Assembly (NCBI GenBank): GCA_964602665.1 | Contig: CAZRRH010000002.1 | Span: 1-60,170, forward strand | Reading direction: 5' to 3' | Length of the DNA stretch: 60,170 nucleotides | Source: an uncultured Candidatus Saccharibacteria bacterium | Lineage (GTDB): Bacteria > Patescibacteriota > Dojkabacteria > SC72 > WJKH01 | Shown: positions 27,069-35,271 of the stretch, piece by piece | Position numbering within the stretch: the first letter of the stretch is position 1 | How the letters are laid out: each line of letters opens with the position of its first letter | Made by a program: the position numbers and the translations under genes | Notes under the pieces: model-generated | Databases searched by the model: none | What the model was told of the DNA's origin: nothing | What the model saw: only the letters and a program-made list of their open reading frames with translations

Positions 27069-28502
27069 AAGTTTTTTAATCCCATATCCAAGTTTTTCCA
27101 TTATCTCAAAATCTTTTTTTCTATAATATTCTCGTGTCCCGACAGAAGCTATTACTGCGATGCTTTTTATATGGTGTTTTTTTGTGATATTTTCTGCTTG
27201 TGATATGAGATACGAGCCAATTCCTTTGTGTTGAGTCTGATCGCCTGATTTTTCATCTACATTGAGGGATCTTCCATAAACATGAATCTCACGGATCATT
27301 GATTTGAAAGGATAGATTTGGAGTTTGCATGCTTTTTTATTGTATATTGATAATCTCAAAAAACCAAGAAGTTTTTCTTTGTTTAAATCTTGCATTTTTG
27401 ATATGTGTTTTATATCTGCTTCCTGTGTCATTTGTAAGAAATATTCTGTGCTGATAGCTGTCTTATATTTGATTATTGAGAGTTTAGGCTCTTTAGAACT
27501 ATTAAAAGATAGGTCTCTTATTTCTCTACATCTTATGCATTTACACGGTTTTTTCCTTAAATATAGCTGTTTTTGGAGGTCTTCTCTGATGTTGCTTTTA
27601 TTAACACCACTTACAATATATTGTGCAGGTATATCTCTAAAGAGCCTCGATATACGACAGTAAGCCTTGGTTTGTAATTTGCAATTAGTTAGTACTTTTG
27701 CTAATGTATCGTAATCATAAGGTTTGTACTCTCCTGATAAATATTTTGAGTAAAGATCTGATGAGGAGATTAGACAGCAAGGATATATTTTTAATTCATC
27801 AGGATGCAAATTTTTATTTGAGAATAATCTTTTATAATCTAAAACATCTTTTTTGGGAGATGAACCATATAAGTTGCACATCCAGTGAAGCTGTATTTTA
27901 AAGCCGTTTGCTCTTAACAAATTTATTGCATCAAAGCTTTGTTGTAAAGAATGACCGCGATTATTTAGCTCCAAAACTCTATCGTAAGTAGATTGTATGC
28001 CTAGCTGGACTTTTGTCACACCTAATTGGCGAAGCTTGGTTATTTCTGCTAAATTTATTTTATCAGGCCTTGTTTCTATTGATAGACCAACACACCTGTG
28101 TGTAGTGTTCTCGTTACACTTTTGTAACTTATACAAATTTTGATATGAAACTGTTACGTAATCATCAGCAGGCTTTTCATTGTTAAGCTGGGCGTATATA
28201 TCCATTAAAAACTTAAGGCGGTACTCCTCTGGATAATCATGCCATGTGCCTCCTGATATTATTATCTCGATTTTGCCTGTATTATGCTGATTATCTTTAT
28301 ATGAATTAATCCTATGCGCTGTTTGGATTTTGGCATCAAAATTTAGGGCATTTGCTCGTTGTATGCCTGGCTCATCACCAAGGTAACTTTTAGGTGACTG
28401 TGTTTCTTTTGGGCAAAACAAACAGTTACCAGAGCAAGCATAAGGCTTTGTAAATACTGTTACAGGAGTTACTCCTGATATTGTGCGAGTAGGCTTTTTC
28501 AT
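27063..28502 (-). CDS. elp3: Elp3-family radical SAM/GNAT tRNA U34 carboxymethyltransferase
   Basis: RTISGVTPV, C-x3-C-x2-C (CSGNCLFCP), SIETRPD, LKIYP, RLFRDIP, CKCIRCRE, IREIHVYG, QHKGIG. Confidence 0.95.
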   Translation of the reverse strand: MKKPTRTISGVTPVTVFTKPYACSGNCLFCPKETQSPKSYLGDEPGIQRANALNFDAKIQTAHRINSYKDNQHNTGKIEIIISGGTWHDYPEEYRLKFLMDIYAQLNNEKPADDYVTVSYQNLYKLQKCNENTTHRCVGLSIETRPDKINLAEITKLRQLGVTKVQLGIQSTYDRVLELNNRGHSLQQSFDAINLLRANGFKIQLHWMCNLYGSSPKKDVLDYKRLFSNKNLHPDELKIYPCCLISSSDLYSKYLSGEYKPYDYDTLAKVLTNCKLQTKAYCRISRLFRDIPAQYIVSGVNKSNIREDLQKQLYLRKKPCKCIRCREIRDLSFNSSKEPKLSIIKYKTAISTEYFLQMTQEADIKHISKMQDLNKEKLLGFLRLSIYNKKACKLQIYPFKSMIREIHVYGRSLNVDEKSGDQTQHKGIGSYLISQAENITKKHHIKSIAVIASVGTREYYRKKDFEIMEKLGYGIKKLL

Positions 28503-28512
28503 AAAATAAAAA

Positions 28513-28583
28513 TTGCGGGACTAGGTCTCGAACCTAGATTCACGGCTTCAAAGGCCGGTGTCCTACCATTAGACGATCCCGCA
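28513..28583 (-). tRNA. tRNA-Gln(UUG)
   Basis: Reverse complement TGCGGGA...CGGC-CTTTGAA-GCCG...CTAGG-TTCGAGA-CCTAG-TCCCGCA-A; CCA not encoded. Confidence 0.92.
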
Positions 28584-28651
28584 TCACCATATATTATAAC
28601 ATAATTAGCAGTTTTGGAAAATGTTATGAAAAATATAGTAGACTTAATTTA

Positions 28652-29449
28652 TTATCGGAAGAGAGGACTTGATAGATATGTGACATACTCAGCCAATTGC
28701 AAAACGGTCTGAATTCTTGGCCCAACAGTGCCTTTGGCCTCTTTTGCTTTATTTAGGTCATCCATTGTTATATTTCTTGCTTTTAAGGCTTCTGTAATCA
28801 TAATGTGCATAATCTGTAACCTTAATGCATGAAGATTTCTAAAATCAGACCAAGCCTGTGGGGTAGATCGTAAGAGCTCTTTTATATCTGGTAAATTTGC
28901 TGATGAAGAACCGAGAGTATAGCACTCTCTAATAAAATGGATCAGGGAAAATTCTCCTTTTGCAAAGGCGCACAATAGATTACCTACTAATCTATCTTTA
29001 TCAAAATCGTCGCTAAGAAACCCTTGCTGTTGAAGTTTTTCTACTACCGAAGATAAATCATTTCTTGTAGGATCAGGAGTTGCGGCATATTTTCCTTGAC
29101 TCCAGGCTAATATCATCGCCATATCAAAAGAACTTACTGTATTTATAAAGATTTTTTGAAATGGAACCAGCTCTGGGAGTTTCCATGTTGATTGACAAAT
29201 TGTGTTTGATTTACCGTAGCCCAGAAAGACAAGAGCAAGAGTTTCATCTCGGAAATATGGGCTAATTGAGGTATTATCTTCGTTTAGTACATCTTCTCCT
29301 GTTCCCATTACGAAATCAAAAACTTTTTCATAATTCCTTACGAGTTCAACTTGGGTAAACAATTCTGTTGTGGTGCCATAAATCAATGAAACCATAGTCT
29401 CAACTTCCTCAGGAGGTGGTGGTGTTATAGGACCTTTACTCTCGGCCAT
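28652..29449 (-). CDS. Hypothetical protein
   Basis: 265-codon ORF, no recognisable motif. Confidence 0.6.
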   Translation of the reverse strand: MAESKGPITPPPPEEVETMVSLIYGTTTELFTQVELVRNYEKVFDFVMGTGEDVLNEDNTSISPYFRDETLALVFLGYGKSNTICQSTWKLPELVPFQKIFINTVSSFDMAMILAWSQGKYAATPDPTRNDLSSVVEKLQQQGFLSDDFDKDRLVGNLLCAFAKGEFSLIHFIRECYTLGSSSANLPDIKELLRSTPQAWSDFRNLHALRLQIMHIMITEALKARNITMDDLNKAKEAKGTVGPRIQTVLQLAEYVTYLSSPLFR

Positions 29450-29482
29450 GTTCTGATTGTTAAGGAATTAAAGTTTGAATCT

Positions 29483-29701
29483 TTAGTTGTTTGGTGCTGT
29501 AAAAGCAATTATTGTTGGGCCTATTATAGACATTGTCCTCGTGACCAATTCTTGTGAGTCAGGAGATAATTCATCTCCAATTTGTTTATCCTCAAGTGCT
29601 CTGCTTGCATCTGGACTTTCAAGAAATGTAAAATCGAATCTGGTTCCTGTCTCTGGATTAATATCAGGTACACTGGTTGTATCTATATGATATTGGATCA
29701 T
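29483..29701 (-). CDS. Small hypothetical protein
   Basis: 72-codon ORF co-oriented with 28652..29449. Confidence 0.4.
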   Translation of the reverse strand: MIQYHIDTTSVPDINPETGTRFDFTFLESPDASRALEDKQIGDELSPDSQELVTRTMSIIGPTIIAFTAPNN

Positions 29702-29776
29702 ATTTATTTGCTAACAAATTACTGCATAGTATTATACTATAAAACAATTAAAATGTCAATAATAGGAATCTAATAA

Positions 29777-29854
29777 TGGGGTGGTCGACAGGACTTGAAC
29801 CCGCAACCTCCTGTGCCACAAACAGGAGCTCTAACCAATTGAGCTACGACCACC
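29777..29854 (-). tRNA. tRNA-His(GUG), with encoded G-1 and CCA
   Basis: Reverse complement G-GTGGTCG...CCTGT-TTGTGGC-ACAGG...TTCAAGT...CGACCAC-C-CCA. Confidence 0.95.
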
Positions 29855-29861
29855 ATAAGTA

Positions 29862-29890
29862 TTGACTATCAAATAGCCATACAGTATAAT
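29862..29890 (+). promoter_or_regulatory. Sigma70-type promoter of def
   Basis: TTGACT(29862-67)-17 nt-TATAAT(29885-90), 6 nt before ATG 29897. Confidence 0.75.
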
Positions 29891-29896
29891 TATACC

Positions 29897-30388
29897 ATGA
29901 ATGAAGGGAAATTGGAAATCGTAACACTAAATGATGACGAGCCTTTTTTGAGGCAGAAATCGAGAAATATCACACAAGAAGAGCTCGGAAGTGACAAAAT
30001 ACAACAGTTGATAAGCGCCATGAAAAACTATCTCCTTGACGCGCAAAATAATGCTGTTGGATTATCAGCGATACAAATTGGTCAGCCGATTGCGATGTTT
30101 TTATTCAAGGACTTTGGACAAGGTAAATCCCCAATTATAAGAGTTGCTGTTAATCCGCAGGTTCTTCCCGCTTGTGATTTGCTCAAAGAAGGCAAAGAAG
30201 CGTGTCTTAGTGTGCCTGGTGTTGATGGTGTTGTGGCAAGATATCAGAGTGTCAAGATGAAGTTTTTAGATGAAAAGGGTGATAAATGTTCGAAGAAGTT
30301 TGAAGATTATACTGCGCGAATTATTCAGCACGAGTATGATCACTTGCAGGGGGTTCTTTTTACTGATAAAGTGTTATCCCGCCATTAG
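29897..30388 (+). CDS. def: Peptide deformylase
   Basis: GLSAIQIG, EACLS, QHEYDHL. Confidence 0.96.
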   Translation: MNEGKLEIVTLNDDEPFLRQKSRNITQEELGSDKIQQLISAMKNYLLDAQNNAVGLSAIQIGQPIAMFLFKDFGQGKSPIIRVAVNPQVLPACDLLKEGKEACLSVPGVDGVVARYQSVKMKFLDEKGDKCSKKFEDYTARIIQHEYDHLQGVLFTDKVLSRH

Positions 30389-30408
30389 GTCCTGCCATTA
30401 CTGTAAAG

Positions 30409-30482
30409 CGGAGAATAGCTCAGATGGCTAGAGCACACGCATGGGGTGCGTGGGGTCGCAGGTTCGAGTCCTGTTTCTCCGA
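30409..30482 (+). tRNA. tRNA-Pro(GGG)
   Basis: Acceptor CGGAGAA/TTCTCCG, anticodon arm CACGC-ATGGGGT-GCGTG, T-loop TTCGAGT. Confidence 0.95.
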
Positions 30483-30530
30483 TGGTAATGGCAGGAGGGT
30501 GCGTGAGGTCGTAAGCATGGTTAGGCTATT
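30479..30530 (+). repeat. Left direct repeat (candidate attL)
   Basis: CCGATGGTAATGGCAGGAGGGTGCGTGAGGTCGTAAGCATGGTTAGGCTATT, 48/52 identical to 41186-41237. Confidence 0.85.
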
Positions 30531-30547
30531 GCGGAGCAATGGCCTAA
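30521..30547. terminator. 12-bp hairpin (one G:U) containing the recombinase stop codon
   Basis: TTAGGCTATTGC-GGA-GCAATGGCCTAA; no U-tract, so terminator function is uncertain. Confidence 0.4.
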
Positions 30548-32010
30548 TTCAAGTCGGGTCGCCCCGACCATTCAGAACGAGATTGCATTTTTATAATCTC
30601 GGAAAATGGATTTTTAGCGGTATAATCGAATTTTTCATTGGTAATGATAAAGTTCGAGAATACAAATTGGAGAATTTCTCGCTTTTCTTCTTGTGTCCCC
30701 TGTTTATATATATATGAAGCCATTTTACAGAGTTCGAGAATTTTTAAACCTGTTTCAAAATAAGATTGATTAGCTCTTTTGTGCTTTTTTATAAGGTTTA
30801 ATAGTCTATCTTCATTTTCCTGTTCTTTCTTTGCTTTCTCAAGATAAACTTCTTTTGAAATCAAACCATCTAATTTATCATCGTACAATTGATCTTTTCG
30901 CTTTTGAATACGATCTAACTTTTGTTGCAATGTTTTTAATGCTTCATTATGAAACTGGATTTCATTCGTGTGAGAATTTTTTAAAACGTTTTTAACATCA
31001 TCATAAATATTCTCTGGAATAATAAGCATATCAAGCACTTGTATAATTTCGTCTTCAAGTTTTTCTTCTCTCCAATAATTGTGAGAATGCTTTTTGTAAT
31101 GCTCTGTACATCGATAATAAATATATTTGCCTTTCTGAATTTCGGTCGTATAGCTCGAGCCACAAACACCACATTTAATAAGTCCTGAAAACAGGAAGTT
31201 ATGTTTATCTTTTCTTGGACGTTTTCTGTTATTGAATATTACTTGCACTTTATAAAATAATTCTGGTTCAATTATTGGCTTATGCTTACCTTGATAAGTT
31301 TCACCTTTCCATATCATTTTACCAATATAGAAGGGATTTTGTAAGGTTACGTGTAATTTTGATTTTGATACTTTTTTATTGAATTTATTCACAAACCCTT
31401 CTTTATGTAACTGTTCACAAATGCGTTCTAACGAGAAAAGCTCTGTAGCGTACATTTCAAAAGCTTTTTTTACAAAATGGGCTTGTGAATCATCAATGAT
31501 AACGTTTTTTGTATTTGCATCGTTTTTATATCCAAGTGGAGCTGATCCCGGCCAGCCACCTTGTCGTAACTTTTCCTGAAAACCTTTTTTAACTTCATCT
31601 GAAAGATTGTTAATGTAGTTTTTAGCAAGTACTGCTTGTAAGTCAAAATTTAATTTCTCTGAGGATCTAGAATTTCTATGAAGTACAATATTTTCTCTTA
31701 CAAAGTGAAACTCCTTGTCGTAATCATCAATTAATTCTTGAACTTTTACAATGTCTCTAAAATTTCTTGCTACACGATCTATTTTTTCAAATATTACAAC
31801 TCGTATGTCCGATTTCTTTAAGAATTCAATCATTTCATTAAATGCTTTTCTTCCCTCTTTTTTTGCTGATTCGGAAACTTTCCAACTTTTTTGTACTTTT
31901 AAATTCTGCTTTTCTGCGTAAATACCGATTTTCTCGTACTGAGCATCAAGTGAATATCCTTCTGCCTGTTCTCTTGATGAAACTCGACAGTAGGCAATTG
32001 CTTTATTCAT
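30544..32010 (-). CDS. Large serine recombinase (resolvase + recombinase + zinc ribbon + coiled coil)
   Basis: AYCRVSS.EQ catalytic Ser motif, DRVARN, GGWPG.APLGY, NPFYIG, HKPII, CGVCG...YYRC. Confidence 0.95.
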   Translation of the reverse strand: MNKAIAYCRVSSREQAEGYSLDAQYEKIGIYAEKQNLKVQKSWKVSESAKKEGRKAFNEMIEFLKKSDIRVVIFEKIDRVARNFRDIVKVQELIDDYDKEFHFVRENIVLHRNSRSSEKLNFDLQAVLAKNYINNLSDEVKKGFQEKLRQGGWPGSAPLGYKNDANTKNVIIDDSQAHFVKKAFEMYATELFSLERICEQLHKEGFVNKFNKKVSKSKLHVTLQNPFYIGKMIWKGETYQGKHKPIIEPELFYKVQVIFNNRKRPRKDKHNFLFSGLIKCGVCGSSYTTEIQKGKYIYYRCTEHYKKHSHNYWREEKLEDEIIQVLDMLIIPENIYDDVKNVLKNSHTNEIQFHNEALKTLQQKLDRIQKRKDQLYDDKLDGLISKEVYLEKAKKEQENEDRLLNLIKKHKRANQSYFETGLKILELCKMASYIYKQGTQEEKREILQFVFSNFIITNEKFDYTAKNPFSEIIKMQSRSEWSGRPDLN

Positions 32011-32136
32011 TGTTTACTATCCTTAGATTAAATAAAAAATGGGGATCCGTTGGACACAACTCTGCAAAAACAGAATTGTACAGATCCCCATTTATTCTAT
32101 CTATAACCTTCAGATAGTTAGGTCTGTCTTTGCATT

Positions 32137-32358
32137 TTAAGTTGTGTCCATTTCCATTTTATCATTTTCAAGAAGATTTTTGTACTTTTTTGAAAGGCTT
32201 TTTTCTGTCTTAATCCGTTTATCAATTTTATCAAGTGTTTTTATAAAGCCGACAAGATTAAATAGCGAATTATACGCTTCTTTATCAGATATATTCTTTT
32301 TAAAGTCCTTTTGGTAATTTCTCTTAAAAGAGTTTACAAAAGGTTTTATGTTATCCAC
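32137..32358 (-). CDS. Small helical protein upstream of the recombinase (candidate directionality factor)
   Basis: 73 aa, GTG start overlapping the upstream stop, co-oriented with the recombinase. Confidence 0.55.
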   Translation of the reverse strand: MDNIKPFVNSFKRNYQKDFKKNISDKEAYNSLFNLVGFIKTLDKIDKRIKTEKSLSKKYKNLLENDKMEMDTT

Positions 32359-32687
32359 AAATTGTTTGTGCTTTTATTCCAGCCTATGTATTGAGTTTCT
32401 ACAAGTCTTAAAAGCTCCGATTTAATATCAGATGAATAAATTCCTATCTCAATGAAATCAGAGGGCTTTAAATTGGCTACAGAGCGTCTGCAACCGATTG
32501 AGAATCTGGCAATGAATAAAAGTATTTTGATTTGCCTTTTAGTGAAAATATTTGAAAAAAGAATTGGGTTTAAAAGTGTGAGAGGATTTTTAAGAAATTC
32601 AAGTTTGTCAATTATTTCAATTGGAACAGGAGACAGATTTATTTGTTCTGTTTTATAGCTATTTATGATGTCTCTTATATGTTCCAT
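32346..32687 (-). CDS. Phage replication protein O N-terminal-like winged-helix protein
   Basis: FTKRQIKILLFIARFSIG resembles the lambda O motif LTKRQFKVLLAILRKTYG. Confidence 0.55.
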   Translation of the reverse strand: MEHIRDIINSYKTEQINLSPVPIEIIDKLEFLKNPLTLLNPILFSNIFTKRQIKILLFIARFSIGCRRSVANLKPSDFIEIGIYSSDIKSELLRLVETQYIGWNKSTNNLWIT

Positions 32688-32957
32688 TACTATAAATTTT
32701 CTCGCATGTTCTAGTCATATGCAAAAAAATTGACAACTCTCAGAAGAAGAAAAAGTTAAAATAATATTGATAGTATGGGCAGTTTAAGAGATTACAAAAA
32801 AATCAAAATATATGGTCTACACTATAGTCTGCACACTATAAAAAACAGGGTTAAATAGATAAAAATTATTTAAAAGAGATTACTTCTAAAATTTTCCAAA
32901 AACATACATTTAAAAAATGAGTGTTTTCGAGGATACACATAGTGTCCGTAGTCGAGG

Positions 32958-32998
32958 GAGTGATTGGGTGGAGGTTGCAAACGTCCACCCAATCACTC
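32958..32998. repeat. Perfect 15-bp inverted repeat
   Basis: GAGTGATTGGGTGGA-GGTTGCAAACG-TCCACCCAATCACTC. Confidence 0.9.
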
Positions 32999-33185
32999 AT
33001 ACCGAGAGGAAAATTTTAAGGAATAATCGCGTAAAAGTGACTTTTTTTATAGTAAAGGTAGATTGTTTCTTTTGGTTTCGGAGATGAAATGGGTGGGCAA
33101 CAAAATTGGTTTAGAAATTTAACAAAATATGATATGATATTTCTATTAATAGATTGCTAAAATTAATTGGATTTTGAAATGAAAA

Positions 33186-33389
33186 ATGAATAAAAGCAAA
33201 CTTGCAAAGAATATTAACAAATTTAGAAAAGAAAGAGGTTGGACACAGGAGCAATTAGCAGAAAATTCTGGTGTAACATATACAACTATTATTAAATTGG
33301 AACAGGGAGTTGTTGAAAATCCTATACTTAGAACACTTGAGAAACTGGCAAAAGTGTTTGAAGTGAGTATAGATAATTTGATTAAATAA
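33186..33389 (+). CDS. XRE/C-protein-like HTH regulator
   Basis: LAKNINKFRKERGWTQEQLAENSGVTYTTIIKLEQG..NPILRTLEKLA; 5 nt upstream of mod. Confidence 0.92.
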   Translation: MNKSKLAKNINKFRKERGWTQEQLAENSGVTYTTIIKLEQGVVENPILRTLEKLAKVFEVSIDNLIK

Positions 33390-33394
33390 AGAAG

Positions 33395-35269
33395 ATGCAA
33401 AATTTAAAAGAAAAGCTGTTTGACTTACTAGAGTCAGATACAAGAATCTGGAATGAAGAAAAAACAGAATTGAACGAAACCTTACTGAAAGACATGATTG
33501 ATAAACTTGATGAAAAATTGCTTGAAATACTATTAAGTAGTGAAGATATTAAGGAGAAATTTTTTATCAAAGTAACTCGGACTGAGCAAAGTCGAAGTCA
33601 AGATGTCTATGTGCTGAAGCAGAACGAATTGAAGTTTTTTATTGATGAAAACAAACTTGACAACTCCTATACACAATATAGAAATAAGATTGGGTTAAGG
33701 GTTGGGAATAAATTACTTTCTGAAAGGGATGAGGTTGTGCTTGACTGGCCTTTTAAAGATTGTGTGCTTGAGGGTGGTATGACAAAAGAAGATCAAAAAA
33801 GAAATGAGATATTTTTCAATGAGGTGTTGGCAAAAGATGAAATTGATAGACTGTATGAGCCCAAAGCTCTTGTAAACTGGAAAAGATACACTGCAAAGGG
33901 TGAAGAAAAAGTTACGGAGATTAAAAGAGATAAAGATGGAATGATAAGGGAGAATTTGATTATTAAAGGCAATAATCTTTTAGCCTTGCATACGTTGAAA
34001 AAAGAATTTGCAGGAAAGGTGAAGCTGATTTATATCGATCCACCTTATAATACCGAAAATGGTTCTTTTAGATATAATGACTGTTTTAATCATTCTTCGT
34101 GGCTAGTTTTTATGAGGAACAGATTGGAGATTGCAAAACAATTACTTTCTGATGACGGCTTAATCTTTGTGCAAATAGATGATAATGAGCAGGCATATTT
34201 AAAAGTATTAATGGATGAATTATTCGACAGAGAAAATTTTATAAATTCTATTATTTGGAAAAGGACATTCAGTCATGGTGATTCCGGTCAGGGTGCTAAC
34301 CATCTTGGTAGACTGCACGATGTTATTCTTCTTTACAAAAAATCAGATCAAGGGAAATTAAATAATGTTTATACTGAATATTCAGAAGAATATGTTAAAA
34401 ATTTTTATAAATATACTGATGAGAATGGGCGCAGATATCGTTTAGTAACTATGACGGCACCCGGAGGATCAAATAAAGGAAATCCTTTCTATGAAGTTAT
34501 GGGAGTTGAGAGATATTGGATGTATTCGAAAAAGAATATGGAAGAACTTATCAAGAAGGGGGAAGTTGTTCAAACTAATCGAGGTACCGTACCACAAAGA
34601 AAAAGATATTTAGATGAATCAAAGGGTGTCCCACTACAAGATCTATGGGTTGATATAAACCCGTTGCAGGGAGTACAAAAAGAAAAGGTTGATTTTGTTG
34701 GACAAAAACCCGAAAAATTACTTGAAAGAATAATAGAATTGTCTACAAATCAAAGCGATTTGGTTATTGATTTTCATATCGGGACAGGAACGACTTTAGC
34801 GGTCGCTCATAAAATGGGTCGGCAATATATCGGTATTGAACAAATGGATTATATTCATGATTTGGCGGAGTCACGGTTAAAAGAAGTTATTAAGGGGGAT
34901 CAATCGGGAATCTCAAAAAATGTAAACTGGCAAGGGGGTGGTGACTTTATCTACCTCGAACTTGCCAAGTGGAACGAAGAAGCTAAAGAAAAAATCCTTA
35001 ATGCCAAAAGCCTTGATGAGCTAGTTAAACTATTTGATGAACTCTACGAAAGATACTTCCTTAACTACAATGTTAAAACAAAGGAATTCAAGGAAAAGAT
35101 TGTAAAAGAGGACGAATTCAAGAAACTTTCACTTGATGAACAGAAAAAGCTGTTTGTAGAAATGCTAGATATGAATCAGATGTATGTCAATTTCAGTGAA
35201 AGAAACGATAAAAAATATGGATTATCAGCTGATGATATTAAAATATCAGAAATGTTTTATAGTAAATAA
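33395..35269 (+). CDS. mod: Type III restriction-modification methyltransferase (Mod)
   Basis: NLIIKGNNLLAL, IYIDPPYNT, QIDDNE, KPEKLLERII, DFHIGTGTT, GIEQMDY. Confidence 0.93.
   Translation: MQNLKEKLFDLLESDTRIWNEEKTELNETLLKDMIDKLDEKLLEILLSSEDIKEKFFIKVTRTEQSRSQDVYVLKQNELKFFIDENKLDNSYTQYRNKIGLRVGNKLLSERDEVVLDWPFKDCVLEGGMTKEDQKRNEIFFNEVLAKDEIDRLYEPKALVNWKRYTAKGEEKVTEIKRDKDGMIRENLIIKGNNLLALHTLKKEFAGKVKLIYIDPPYNTENGSFRYNDCFNHSSWLVFMRNRLEIAKQLLSDDGLIFVQIDDNEQAYLKVLMDELFDRENFINSIIWKRTFSHGDSGQGANHLGRLHDVILLYKKSDQGKLNNVYTEYSEEYVKNFYKYTDENGRRYRLVTMTAPGGSNKGNPFYEVMGVERYWMYSKKNMEELIKKGEVVQTNRGTVPQRKRYLDESKGVPLQDLWVDINPLQGVQKEKVDFVGQKPEKLLERIIELSTNQSDLVIDFHIGTGTTLAVAHKMGRQYIGIEQMDYIHDLAESRLKEVIKGDQSGISKNVNWQGGGDFIYLELAKWNEEAKEKILNAKSLDELVKLFDELYERYFLNYNVKTKEFKEKIVKEDEFKKLSLDEQKKLFVEMLDMNQMYVNFSERNDKKYGLSADDIKISEMFYSK
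33575..33598. repeat. 24-bp REP-like palindromic element, in frame inside mod
   Basis: ACTCGGACT-GAGCAA-AGTCGAAGT (7/9 arm pairs) encoding TRTEQSRS. Confidence 0.65.
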
Positions 35270-35271
35270 TT

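Noticed and set aside
30424-30717. 97-aa plus-strand ORF in the track
   Set aside because: Reads through tRNA-Pro and antisense to the recombinase end; a shadow ORF
32351-32359. DnaA box as chromosomal oriC
   Set aside because: A single box inside overlapping ORFs, with no cluster and no dnaA/dnaN nearby
33395-35269. Phase-variable simple sequence repeat in mod
   Set aside because: No tandem di- to pentanucleotide tract or long homopolymer found; the frame is intact
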